A model generated the notes under the pieces. That model was not told where the DNA came from. It ran no database searches and was given only the letters and a program-made list of their open reading frames with translations. Source: Girardia tigrina (lineage: Eukaryota). Taken from it: 54,192 nucleotides of DNA. The translations under genes and the position numbers were made by a program. Numbering within the stretch: position 1 is the first letter of the stretch; each line of letters starts with the position of its first letter. The stretch covers positions 14,961 through 69,152 of the forward strand of contig MQRK01232050.1 in the NCBI GenBank assembly GCA_001938485.1, in the 5' to 3' direction. Below are positions 25,587 through 38,299 of this stretch, piece by piece.

Positions 25587-26039
25587 GTTTGTCATAGTTT
25601 ATTGTTCTATATTATTTCTTCATGATTTCATAAAATTTTTATTGCCCTATTTTCTTTGATATTTATACTTGAAATATCGAACTAATACAGAAATAGGGGA
25701 ACTATATAGTGACCATAAATCAATTATTATACACCATTTCCAAACCATTAGTATAATTTGCCAAATCAATAGCATAAATATTTAAAAACGAATATATTTT
25801 TTTCATTTTAATTTTAGAATTTTTCATTTTTATAAAATATAAATAGAAAATATTTATAAAAATTTCATATTGACTTTTTTACTTAAATGTAAATATTTTT
25901 TGCTTCTTAATTTTATTCAACTGCTTACGTCCCTGTCTTAAATTCATGTCTTACGTTAAAATATAAAGACGAAAACTATTAAGAATATTTATTATTACAC
26001 CACAAAAATAAAACTAATAAATATTTCAAAATATATTTT

Positions 26040-26345
26040 AAGTGACATATCGTTCTCCAGTTACCACGCTTACCATATTCCACAGTATCCACATCATATA
26101 TTATAATTACTGTAATCTCCCTCAGTAACCTCACCAATTGCTTTCATTATCTGACTTCCTAGAGTTCTTTCACCAATAAAATCGAACCCAAGCAAACTTC
26201 CTACATGTGTCTTAATCTTTGAAAAAACATTTTCTATTGGATTAAGCATATAGGGATAGAGAGATAAGAATTTCAGAATCAAATCAAACCCTGAAATGAT
26301 TCCCTCAAGATCGCTTCTCCCATGGATTCTTGCATTGTCCATATA
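26040..26345 (-). mobile_element. IS630/Tc1-like DDE transposase 3' fragment
   Basis: MDNARIH...FLSLYPYMLNPIENVFSKIK. Confidence 0.8.
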
Positions 26346-26394
26346 TATATAGATTAGTATGATCTATTTTAATATGATTTTTAATATGATATAT

Positions 26395-26790
26395 GAAAGA
26401 TTTTAATATGATCGGATAGTTTACTTTGAACATTTAAGCATGGCTTTAAATGCTTTATTAATAATGTCTCAGTCAAAATTTTTTTTCAGTTTTGAAGAAT
26501 TTTTAAAGATTTACAGTTTTGAAAAAAATTTTTGACACACATGATGATAGTCACTGAGGCATTATTAATAAAGCATTTAAAACCATGCTTAATCGTTCAA
26601 AGTGAATTATCCAATCATATTAAAATCTTTCAATATTAATTAAAAAAAGAATAATTGCGTACCATATAAATGACTTGTAATTTGAAATTTACTTTCCAAA
26701 CTGATGCCGTAATGGCGAAACATGTTTTGCAAAATAAAAAACTTTAAAATGGCGTTTATACTTTATTTTCTTTATAAATAAATTGCCATT
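26395..26790 (+). mobile_element. Penelope-like 3' end with short inverted duplication and degenerate hammerhead
   Basis: GIY-YIG C-terminus TEALLIKHLKPCL.VQS. Inverted arms at 26395-26473 and 26553-26631. CTGATG-CCGTAATGGC-GAAA-CATG-TT at 26701-26726. Confidence 0.75.
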
Positions 26791-27956
26791 AAATCTAAAT
26801 GTAATATATATATATATATATATNNNNNNNNNNNNNNNNNNNNNNNNNNNNNNNNNNNNNNNNNNNNNNNNNNNNNNNNNNNNNNNNNNNNNNNNNNNNN
26901 NNNNNNNNNNNNNNNNNNNNNNNNNNNNNNNNNNNNNNNNNNNNNNNNNNNNNNNNNNNNNNNNNNNNNNNNNNNNNNNNNNNNNNNNNNNNNNNNNNNN
27001 NNNNNNNNNNNNNNNNNNNNNNNNNNNNNNNNNNNNNNNNNNNNNNNNNNNNNNNNNNNNNNNNNNNNNNNNNNNNNNNNNNNNNNNNNNNNNNNNNNNN
27101 NNNNNNNNNNNNNNNNNNNNNNNNNNNNNNNNNNNNNNNNNNNNNNNNNNNNNNNNNNNNNNNNNNNNNNNNNNNNNNNNNNNNNNNNNNNNNNNNNNNN
27201 NNNNNNNNNNNNNNNNNNNNNNNNNNNNNNNNNNNNNNNNNNNNNNNNNNNNNNNNNNNNNNNNNNNNNNNNNNNNNNNNNNNNNNNNNNNNNNNNNNNN
27301 NNNNNNNNNNNNNNNNNNNNNNNNNNNNNNNNNNNNNNNNNNNNNNNNNNNNNNNNNNNNNNNNNNNNNNNNNNNNNNNNNNNNNNNNNNNNNNNNNNNN
27401 NNNNNNNNNNNNNNNNNNNNNNNNNNNNNNNNNNNNNNNNNNNNNNNNNNNNNNNNNNNNNNNNNNNNNNNNNNNNNNNNNNNNNNNNNNNNNNNNNNNN
27501 NNNNNNNNNNNNNNNNNNNNNNNNNNNNNNNNNNNNNNNNNNNNNNNNNNNNNNNNNNNNNNNNNNNNNNNNNNNNNNNNNNNNNNNNNNNNNNNNNNNN
27601 NNNNNNNNNNNNNNNNNNNNNNNNNNNNNNNNNNNNNNNNNNNNNNNNNNNNNNNNNNNNNNNNNNNNNNNNNNNNNNNNNNNNNNNNNNNATATATATA
27701 TATATATATATATATAGATATATATATATATATATGACTTCTGTTAGAAATACGTAGCAAAAAATATTTACATTTAAGTAAAAAATAATGGAAACAAATG
27801 TGTTTTTAAAAATTTAATTTATATTTCAAATCAGTTCAAAGCTAAAAAGTCATTTCCAAATGAAAATTCTCAAGGTAGAATGAAAAATTACATTCGTTTT
27901 TAAATATTTAAAAAATTATGCTAATTATTTGGAAATCGTATATTTATAGTATATAG

Positions 27957-28695
27957 CAAGGGTGACCAGACATTTCTCGACAGGATCCACAAATCAAAAA
28001 TATCAGATTTTTGAGAGCCACAATAAAAACAATGTCGTAATTTATTACAGTAATATATACAGTAAATAAAGAGCCAAGGTTTTAAAATTTTTTTATACAT
28101 TACAAATGAATTGCTTTTAAATATGTATTTTTAATCGACAAATATGTTTATTGTGTGTGTATTTTTTATTTACAAGTCTATGAAAATAAGTTTGTAGGTC
28201 ATTAGTGTCGTACAAATAAGTTTAGTTAAATGTTCGTTAGTCAGGTGGGAACAATGTTTCGATTTAATAAAATTCATTGATGAATGCAAAAATTCACAGA
28301 AGTAAATTGTACCGAAAATTGCGATCAATTTACATTCATTTTTAAGTAGGATATTTCGAATCCGGTACGATTTTCCAAAATTCTATGGTAGATTCCGATG
28401 ATTTATGATGCATCTGTAATGCACGATCTTCTTGAAGTTCTATTAATTCCATATCTGGAACAGTTTTGTTAGATAATAAATTCTTTAGAAACGTAAATTC
28501 TTCACTCATTATATCAACTTTAAATGGATTCACAAGGAAATTAACACAATATCTTAAATTCTTTAAATCTTCAAACCTTATTTGGAAGTGGTCTATCAAT
28601 TTGTGTAATCTACCTTTATCATCTTCAAGCTTTGAATCTTCAATTTCTGGGTATTTATTTTTCAGAGGAAGAAAGTGATTGAATTGTTTATTCGT
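27957..28695 (-). mobile_element. hAT (Buster/SPIN-like) 3' fragment
   Basis: HFQIRFEDL...FLVNPF...MELIELQ...EFWKIVP and FGTIYFCEF. Terminus CAAGGGTGACCAGAC. Confidence 0.8.
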
Positions 28696-28699
28696 CAAA

Positions 28700-28945
28700 T
28701 CGGGACAACTTCCTCCAGGAAAAATGCTTCAAAAACCAAGACGCCGTCAAAGACACCTTTAACGCTTTCATTGCATCCAGAACTTAGGGGTTCTACACAA
28801 GTGGTATCAATTAACTTGTTTCTCGTTGGCAAAAATGTATTGATTCTGATGGTTTTTATTTCGATTAATAAAACTTATTCTGTGCTGAGCTACATTTGTT
28901 TAGAGTTTAGGTTCAAAAACCTGCATTGATTTTGCAACAACCTAA
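28700..28945 (+). mobile_element. cecropia/Hsmar1-type mariner 3' end
   Basis: VSRWQKCIDSDGFYFD* followed by TIR TTTTGCAACAACCTAA-TA. Confidence 0.85.
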
Positions 28946-29518
28946 TAATAAACTTAAAACTAAGGTGATAGACTATAGAATTAATAAAAAACAATCTTTA
29001 ATTCTAAAATTGCTTTATTACTGTTAATCGTTGATTAAACAATCTGAAGGATTTGACCTTTACTGAATCTTTTTATTATAAAGTATTTGTAGAAGTTCTT
29101 TGTGAAATAATACTTAAGTATTTGGTCAAAAGGATTATTTCTTTAAATATATTTCACTATTTAATTTATCTGAAGATATATTTAATTATGAAAATTATGT
29201 TACGAAGTATAATGATTTATTTAACTTAAAGTCTAACTTAATTAAAAATAATAATTCAAAAAATAGTCATAATTTTTGACCTTCAAATTATTGTCTCTTG
29301 ATCTTTAAAATTATGACTTGAATGAAAACTTTGTCTTCAATTAAATTTATCGAATCCTGCCACATCATTTCATACGTATCATCTCCAAAATACAATGAAA
29401 AAAGCTATCTTGCATACCTGTTTTAAGATGAAACCCTAACTTAAAAATCGAAGCCGAACTGAGACGTCAACTTTGTTTCTATCTAAAAATTTGTTGTTAT
29501 GTCCAATATCAATGACAG

Positions 29519-29660
29519 ATTTTGCAGATCGACATGCGAAGATTAATTTAGCATATTATATTGAGTTAATTGGAAAGGTTCAAAGGGAACGATGGAAACT
29601 TAGTCGATTACTAGTTACATGAAAGGCCTTATTTATGTAGCTCATCAAACCAAGGAATAA
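29519..29660 (+). CDS. GCLM: GCLM last exon with frameshifting deletion
   Basis: CAG phase-1 acceptor. DFADRHAKINL...QRERWKLSRLL stops at TGA 29620-22. The GCLM-like terminus KGLIYVAHQTKE* lies in another frame (29622-29660). Confidence 0.7.
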
Positions 29661-30589
29661 TTGTAATGATAGGACCTCGTGGCATCCAACTTTCAATCCA
29701 GACCTGGCACCGCCATATTTTCTCTTTTTAACCATTTATAAAAAAAATCCTCCTTGGAAGTAAATTAAGTTTAAAGGATGAATTGTGGAGCTGTCGTAAG
29801 CCATATGACTACTATACTATATAACTACTACCATATGTCTGGATTTGCTGAACTTCGAAAATGATTACAAAATGTCATAATTTTAATAGTTCATGACTTG
29901 AAAAATAACCTTTATATGTTGTATATGAAAAATATATTTTTTTATAATTTACTTGATTGTTCTTTTCCAGTTTAATTCATGAGGTTTTTAGTCGTATACG
30001 TATCTTATTAGGTGAAAATAATAAAAGGAAATTCATACAAAAGAACAAAATCATAGTGTATGTTAGATTCGTGGTTTTGTTGCGGTGAAAATTTCCGAAA
30101 AATACATTTTTGAAACTTTTATTTACTAACAACAATAAACATATTATGTATACAAATGTTGCTTAAGTAAATTTCTGAGGAACGATTTTTACATTTACTT
30201 GCACAAACCAATAATATCTAAATAATTGTAAATATAAAAATATGTTAATTTATTATTTTTGAAATTTTATATTGTATTTAATTTTTTTAATTTAAAAGCT
30301 ATTATAAACATAAACTATTTTCAAATATTTTATATTAATTTTTCAATTTAATTATATACATATTGTTTTTAAATATTGTATTTTCTTTTGAGTAATCATT
30401 TTATTAAACTTCATTAAAATTTAATATTTATTATGATATTTAATTTTTTTTCATTTTGTATTTACTTTTAAAGTTTAATAAATTCTGTTAAAATATTTTC
30501 CGGATCTTATATTTAATTCCGTTTTAAATCTATTTAATTACGAATTTTATTATTTCAAATTTTAACTAAAGCATTTTTAAATATTATTA

Positions 30590-31070
30590 ATTGCGAGGAA
30601 TATTTTAAATTGTTTGAATGTGTAAATGTATGGATGCTGTATGTTGAATTTAGAATGGTGATTCTCGCACCCAGATGGAAATTGGTATTTTTTTATTAAA
30701 TTTAAAGGATTGATTATTCGAACATACATAAAATAATCATTTGATAAGTTCATATTTATAATTTCAAAATTAAAATTAAGTTTAATAATTTTTAGTAAAA
30801 TTTAAATGAAATGCATTTTTAATAATTTGATGTCATTTTTATTATTTTGGGAATTATTGAGAAATGGTAAAAATTATTATTTTTAATTAATATTTTTAGA
30901 GGTTAAATATTTTCAAAAATAACTTAGAAAAATTGTTCGAATAATCATGATTAAAAACAGAAATAAGAAAACCAATTAGAACGATGACAAACGATGAAAG
31001 ACCTTCAAGAGTTGTAATGACTCTAAATATAGTTGCAAAAAAATTCAAATGAGACTGGTCTAAATGTCAA
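30590..31070 (+). repeat. Representative copy of an unclassified dispersed repeat family (about 8 copies in window)
   Basis: Shared motifs GA(C/T)TCTCC.AC.CAGATGG, TTGTTCGAATAAT and TTAGAACGAT recur at ~5.5, 9.7(-), 16.0/17.4, 22.1, 24.6, 37.0 and 53.7(-) kb. Confidence 0.7.
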
Positions 31071-31141
31071 ATCTATTTCAAATAATAATTTGAAATTCTA
31101 AACCATGACAACATCAATAATAAAAAAAACTTGAAAAAGAA

Positions 31142-31178
31142 TGGCCAAGATGGGGCTCGAACCCACGACATTCGCGTT
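31142..31178 (-). tRNA. 3' half of a tRNA gene (probably Ile), pseudogene fragment
   Basis: Reverse complement AACGCGAATGTC-GTGGG-TTCGAGC-CCCAT-CTTGGCC-A gives variable loop, T arm with B box and acceptor 3' strand, followed by a T-rich terminator. The 5' half is absent. Confidence 0.7.
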
Positions 31179-31179
31179 T

Positions 31180-31410
31180 TTAGATATTTATATATCTCGT
31201 GTGGTTTCAATTTCTTTGTTACAATGCCATTCACTTTAATCAATTCACTGGATTCACAAGTTGGAAAGGAAATGTAAGCACACTTCTCAGGACGATACTC
31301 CATGCCACAATTTTTAGTAAAAGTGACGGCCTGATTGATTAGTTTTTGCTGATCACCGTCACTGTTTGAAACCAACGCGATATCATCAGCGAAAACCAAG
31401 ACCTGAACTG
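31180..31410 (-). mobile_element. Reverse transcriptase fragment of an RLE-type (NeSL/R2-like) non-LTR retrotransposon
   Basis: VFADDIALV...CGMEYRPEKC...YKYL corresponds to RT domains 5-7. Confidence 0.8.
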
Positions 31411-31670
31411 GGAATTGAAACTTTATACCAAATTTTATTGTCTTTACTTATTTTACAAGAAATTTCTATTTTTTAATTTTATAATTAAATATTAATTTTA
31501 AATGTTTTTTTATCTTTAATTCACAAATTTAAGAGGCATCAGAAATCTTTACATTGTATTTGAATATATAAATAAAATACTTTAATATAGATTGTTACAA
31601 AAAGATGCAAAATATATCTTAAGTTATCGTCGCTCTCGAATAAGTATGATAATCATATGATAATAAAGTA

Positions 31671-33255
31671 CACGGGGAAAATTATTTGGCCGACACTAAC
31701 ATTTTTCTAAATAAATATCAAAAATCAAAGAATTTCGTTTCGATTTTTTAAACATTATATTTACTATTTATACAAATATCATAGAAAAAATATTTATAGT
31801 TTTGGATCTTTTCTAGTTTTTATGATTTATTGCATGCTCAAAGTGGGAAATAATTTTACCGACACATGTTTTTTGGGCTTAAGAGTCACATTTTTCTTGT
31901 GAATTGTGTTCAATATTTGGTCCATTTGCCTTTGGCATCATGTAATGCGATGATCCGACTTTGGAGACTGTCATACAGGATACGATTTTGGCCTGGGGAA
32001 TTATTTGCCATGCGGCCGTGATGGCCTCCTTCAATTCGTCTTTGTTGTTGAATTGTCGACCTTCTTTGTAAACTTCTCGAGCTAAAATTAACTAGACCTT
32101 CTCAATAATGTTCATATCTGGTGATTTGGCCGGCCAAACGTCAAAAAGATTGATTCCACGGTCCTGAAAATCGGCTAAAGTTGATCTAGCCACATGTATT
32201 GGAGCGTTGTCTTTTTGAAATTTCCATTCTAAGCCGACGCATTCGTAGCCATATATCGGAAAATGAGGGCCGACCATCTCCTGGTACTGTGTGGCGTTCA
32301 TTCTGGTTGAAATAAATGACAGTTGCATCTTTTTCAAGTACCCCATGGCACCAGATTACATCACAGAACCACAGCCAGATTGGCGCTTGCTGAAAATCTT
32401 TTCTTCGGTGCGCAAATCATGCCAATAATATGCAAATCCATCTGGGCCGTCTAAATTGAACTTCTTTTCGTCGGAAAAAATGATTTATCACCATTCATTT
32501 GTGCAATGGATGTGGTTTAGTGCAAATTTTTTGCGACCCTTAATATTGGCTTTTGATAACATTGGTTTGCGCTTCATTTCCATGTATTTTAGCCGTTTGG
32601 AACCATTCAAAATTTGTCGAACACGACGAACACTAATAAATAAATTGATTTCAACCTTTAATTACCGTGTAGACTTGAAACTATTCGCTGCAGTTCGAAT
32701 TAAGAGTCGTTTTTGCGCTGATGAAACGGTTGATGACCGGCCGGTGTGCTTGTTTATACCATAGTTTTCAGGATTTTTAAGAAAATTACCAACAAGGTCT
32801 CTTCCGCGGTTGCTTTCCTTTGTAATCTGACAGTTTGACATATTCGTGTAATCTTTCAATGTGGTATTTTCACCATTTCGGCTTCCGTTAATCGTTTGCC
32901 ACGCACCATTGTTAACCAAACGATTTTCAGATGAGAAATGAGTCAAATCTACTGTGAAATTGCACAATGAGATTCGAGAAGGCGTGTGTCAGTATATCAC
33001 AACAACACAGATCATAAATATATCAGTAACACAGATTATTTTAAACAAAATGTCACTTGTCGGTAAAATTATTTCCCACTTTGAGCAAGCGATAAATCAT
33101 AAAAACTAGAAATGATCCAAAACTAAATATTTTTTTCAATGAAATTTGCATATATAGTCAATAAATATATAGTTAAAAAATCGAAACGAAATTCTTTGAT
33201 TTTTGATTTCTTTTTTAGGAAAATGTTAGTATCGGCAAAATTATTTCCCCCAGTG
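31671..33255 (-). mobile_element. Tc3-like transposon (DD34E) with long IR/DR ends, decayed transposase
   Basis: ~200-bp TIRs with inner AAGTGGGAAATAATTTTACCGACA repeats and TA TSD. FSDEKKFNLDGPDG, FQKDNAPIH, WPAKSPDMNIIE. Confidence 0.93.
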
Positions 33256-34496
33256 TATAATAGAAACATATCATATATGAATCTTTTATTATCTCAAGTG
33301 GTGTTAAAAATTATCTTAACCAAGTCTTGGAAATACTAACTTAAAATTTTTTATTAGTTCTTAAATTACGGGGTTTTTTATAAAAATAATCGATGTTTTA
33401 TTAGCATATTTTAATTATTGTTCTTGATAAAGATATTTTGCCCGGGAATATTTTCAAAGAGATGTTTCAAGAACTCGTGCCTAATATCATCATAGAGTCT
33501 GTTGAGCCTGAGTGGGTTTGCCGGTATTTCATTGCTTATAGAAACCGTAGTGTCATTAGATCGAAAGGTTATATATCGAAAGTCATGTGGAATTATATTT
33601 GAAAATGATTTATTCACTATTGATTTTGTTTTCATTTATTTTCATTATTCCATTTATTTTTAAATGATAAATAATTTGTTTCATTCTTTTCTTCGTGTTT
33701 CTTTAACAAAAAAGCTCACTTTAACAATATGAGGGGTTAATTTAAATTTTTATCTCGCCTGAATAGTTTATTATATTTTAATTTAAAGCGTAAAATATTT
33801 TTATGTAAATTTGCTTATTAAATATTTTAAAAATTAAAAATTATATAATAAAAGAAAATCATAAAAAATAAAATATTTATTTAAAAATAAAAAATATCTA
33901 TTATGTATCTATTAAATATCTTAAAATTAAAAATGTCAAGAAAACAAAAATATTAAATATTTTTTTATAAATAAAAATATTTTTAATAAGTAATTTTAAA
34001 AATTGATTTTGAAAATAAAGTTTAAATAATTTTTTGAAATAAATTTTCAGGATTTTAAAAATTAAATCGAAAAGAATTTAATNNNNNNNNNNNNNNNNNN
34101 NNNNNNNNNNNNNNNNNNNNNNNNNNNNNNNNATAATTAAATTAAATTAACAGGAAAATTTGTTTTAGAAATGTGAATTGTTATATTAATAAATTTTGGT
34201 GTTTTAAAAAAAATGAATTCTGATATAGACGTTGCAACCACTTCTCACAAACAACATGTTACATTAGACACTAGTATTGCAAAGAATAAAGATCGTTGAT
34301 CGATAATTGCATTGGGTATTATTGCTTCAGTAAAGACATTTATTGTGCCAAAGTAGAATGATATTGGTATTTTACAATGATCCAACAAATTGCTCACACC
34401 GACAAATAAATAAATAATTATTTATTTATTGCTAAAAATATTTTTGAATTATAAAATTAATAAATTTTTCAAAATTATTATTATTTACTTGAAAAT

Positions 34497-34690
34497 ATTT
34501 ATACTTACTGGGAAGATAACTATATTGGGCGCTTGAGACGCAATCGACTTGGTCAACCTCTGTTTCCTATCACAATGTGGAATATGTGAGAACGTGCTGC
34601 TGAAGGTTTGCCTAGAACTAATAATTCAGTTGAGGGTTGGCATAATGCATTTCAGTCATCTGTCGCTTGTCATCACCCTACAATTTACAC
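34497..34690 (+). mobile_element. MULE transposase fragment
   Basis: YWEDNYIG...LFPITMWN...PRTNNSVEGWHNAF...HHPTIY. Confidence 0.85.
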
Positions 34691-36115
34691 ATGTACAGGT
34701 GCAGCCAAGATTGGACTTCGAATTCACGTTCAAGAGTGTGATGAACTTGGACAAAAAGATATCACCTCATCAACATCATCAAGAAGTGACTCCGGCAACC
34801 AACAGTAAATTTCGATGTGTTTGTTGTAACCGACTTGGACACACGCAGAAGACGTGTAGGGTTAAATGCGGAGAAGTCCGCCATATAAAAGCAAACTGTA
34901 ACATGTCGGGAAACTACAGAGGTGAGAAGATCCCGAGTCCAACCTCTCCCCAGTAAATGGTGTAGGACCAAATATCGCAGTAAGAGGGGGTGGTGTAATT
35001 ACCGGCAATAGTTACGCATATAAAAAACCACAACGCCCCGAGAACAACTGTGTCAACAAGGCGGCCGTAAATCGCCTTAAAAATTCGCAATCGCCATTAA
35101 TTTATTCATGTTCAGCTGTTATTCAGAATTTATTGATTCATCAAGCGCTAATCGACGGGGAAATGATGAAGGTGATGATCGACACGGGGAGTAGTGCCAC
35201 TCTTATTAGAAGAGGTTGCACGAAGTCAAGAATCGAAGGAGTTAGAAACATGAACTTGGTAGCGGTCGACGGTAGTCATGTAAATATCCTGGATAAAGTG
35301 CAACTACATGAGATGCTTTTTGACGTTATGAATCTGGGGCCTGTTAGAGCAATTGTGGTTGAAAGGCTGCCTGCAGGTTATTCGAATCAAACTCGACATA
35401 ATAGTGGGAAGCGATGTTATTCTTAAACGTGGACTAACAATACAGTTAGATGATGATGATTTTTTTATAAAATTTGGTAGTAATGGAGCGAAATTGGTAG
35501 CTATTACTGCAGCAACTGGAGTGAAAAGCGGAAGACACTTGCAGATGAAAGAGGATGATTTTATAGCTCAATTTGACGGAAGGTATTGGAGCGCATGTTA
35601 GAGATTTGTCGATGATCATCCGGTGTGCAGAACCTCATGTGTCAATTATGATGTTTCATGCCAAGTCTCGACTGCCAATGATTCGAGATGAGAGTCAGGT
35701 TGAATGTAAATTCATCTCTGAGTGCATCGCAAATGATGAGTATGACACTACGGAGAAAAACCCGTTCAGCATTGATGAGAATGTTTATTTGAGAGTCAGC
35801 GGGAAATGCGATGAATCATGGACGGGGCCGCATGCAATTACATCGTTGAAGTCTGCAGTTTGGGTGGAGCTGGACAACGATGGAATCACGAAGCGTATAT
35901 CCTATATCAGGGGAGCAGTGGACAATCGACAATTGATGTTAGTGGATTCCGATGATCGCATTTCAGACAGTGAAGACGAAATGAGTGGACCGGCAACGCA
36001 AGAGGTAGCTGCAGATTCCACTGAACGATCGGTGTGGGTACGGAAACCCCCTCAGTATCTGGACGATTATGTGATTTGATCTGGAGATCATGGGGGAGTG
36101 TAATTTAATGGGTAA
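34690..36115 (+). mobile_element. Internally deleted Gypsy LTR retrotransposon
   Basis: Gag knuckles CVCCNRLGHTQKTC, protease IDTGSSATL, integrase tail WTGPH...RKPPQYLDDY, PPT GGGGGAG then TGTAAT LTR start at 36099. RT and RNase H are missing. Confidence 0.85.
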
Positions 36116-36229
36116 ATTCTAATTTGTTTGAATAATATAGTTTTTGTAAGTCGAAAAAATCATCTTATTTTAAAAGAGAAGAATTGAAAAACGATTTTAT
36201 TTGAAATGTGTTTTTTTGATATAAACTCA

Positions 36230-36580
36230 TCAATATTGACGAGAATTCATGACAAAGCTACACGTACGCAGCTTTCCAATCGTGCATCAGTCAGTCTTGA
36301 TTGGTGATCATTGTTGAAAAGAATTGTTCGCAAAGATACATACTTCCGAACAGAGACATCATTAACTTTGCATTTTTAAAGCGGGAATTTCACAGGTCTC
36401 ACATCAGATTTATAAAAAAATTAAATTATTTACTGAGAAAAATGCATTTTAAATCGTTATTATTCTGCATATCAATCACTTCCATTTGAAAATCTACGGG
36501 AGCTGTATCTGCATCTGTATTAAATAGCGAGGAAAACATTTTCATGCAAACCGATATCTTCCCAGCTTTAAACATTTTGA
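36230..36580 (-). mobile_element. hAT (GTF2IRD2/SPIN-like) transposase fragment
   Basis: APVDFQMEVIDMQ...SLFGSMYLCEQFFSTM...SRLTDARLESC. Confidence 0.8.
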
Positions 36581-38299
36581 ATCGTAATTAAAATTCGTTG
36601 ATTAAAATTTCTACATTTTTACATACTTTTCAGAAGTAGTAACGTTTTTTTTTCTAAATGTGAAAAATGAGACAAATTATTCACCAAAAGATTATGTTTT
36701 CACAATTGTAATTTGCGATGAAAGCCCTGTTTTTTTCTGTTTTGATTTTGTAATGGTTAAACTTTAACTCACTCTTGGCGAAATTATGTAAGATAGACAT
36801 AGGAGTGATAAGACAACGTCGATAAAATAAATTTAATTTTAGAAATTCTGTGCTGGTCGCATAAACATTTGTAAGGAGTCACCTGGTCGCCGCTAATCTA
36901 GGTTTTTTATGTTACTTGCTTTACCATATCTTAAAGCTATCTACTCTTCATTTGAAATGTTCTATTAGAATTTCATTACGAGTCTATTTGCGTGGGTAAT
37001 ATTTTTGAATGGTCTTTATTGTATGTTGTTTTAGGATTGTGTTTCTCCCACCCAGATGGAAGATTGAAATTTTGAATGTTTTAAAACATCGAATTATTTA
37101 ATTAATTAGTAAATTTAAATAATCAACTTAAAAATTAAAGTAATATTTCATAAATAATATATTAAAAATATATTGCTTAAAATAAATAAAAATTATTTTA
37201 TAATTTAAATTATAAATTATTTTGTAATCGTAAATGAAATTTTAATTTAAATTTGTTTGAATAATATGACATTTACAAATATTATTTAAAAAATATCAAT
37301 CAAGAACTATGACTAGGTACGCAAATTTTGTGGAGAATTGTCCGAGTGGCAATTCAAGTTGTGATACCAATAAATAGTGGTATGTTACTATAATCTTAAG
37401 TTCTCCATTTTTACATTTGTTTGGATTCTGCCTTTACATAATATACCTAAAGCAATTTATTGCAACCCGAAGAAGTCTTAAAGTCGACAGCAATATGCTT
37501 TGTGAAAGAGTCGAAATGGATTCCATGTGTTTAACCCTATTCACACGTAAGGCCACATATAAAGGCTCAAATGATTATGGTACATTTAATAATCTCGCGT
37601 TGTTCGGGATTCAATTATCGTTATGATATTGTTATCATTAATTATATCTATATGTATATGTGAATATTGTAATGGATCCCGCGCTTTCTTTTCTCATTTC
37701 GCCTTGGAAAAAAACTAAGAAACAACTTTTTGTGATATTCTAATTGTTTTTTGTGTTTGTTTCTTTTACTATGAAATTTGTAGAATTTTATTTGGAAATA
37801 ATTTTAATTGTTTTTTTTTACAAACGATCGGAGAAAATTGTTAAAATTTAAAAAAATAATTATCAAAAAATTAAAGTAGTGTTGAGTAAAAGAATTTGTT
37901 TAAATGTTTGAGATGATTTAAAAATTTGGAATTTGAAAAAGATAAATAAATAAGCGAATGAAATTGCCTTTTCTCATTTTTTCGTTATTTTTTTGGAGTG
38001 TTTTGAGATGGCATCGATGACTTGTTTTTTTAAATATCGGATCAGTCGCGCCGAATATCAGGTCGAATGATAAACAGAAAATTTTAATTCATGAATCGTT
38101 GTAAGATTCAACGGTGCGTCGGTTTCAGCTGCAGATAATTAATCAACGTCAAATCAAATTAAAACATGCCTAGCACAAAGAGAAAGTTTTCCTGCGCAAC
38201 CCTGTTACCTCCTTCCGATTCTTGCGGCAACCTGAGTGTCGGGCGGAACACGCGTTATTGCAGTAAGTTTGGCATTCCTTTATATTCCGGGTTTGAGAT

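Noticed and set aside
29620-29640. Selenocysteine readthrough of in-frame TGA codons in GCLM (963, 29620)
   Set aside because: Neither TGA aligns to a conserved Cys, readthrough does not restore homology, and no SECIS was recognised.
31142-31160. TGGCCAAGATGGGG as an LTR primer-binding site
   Set aside because: Complementarity extends 37 nt, lacks the added CCA and has a Pol III terminator, so a tRNA gene fragment fits better.
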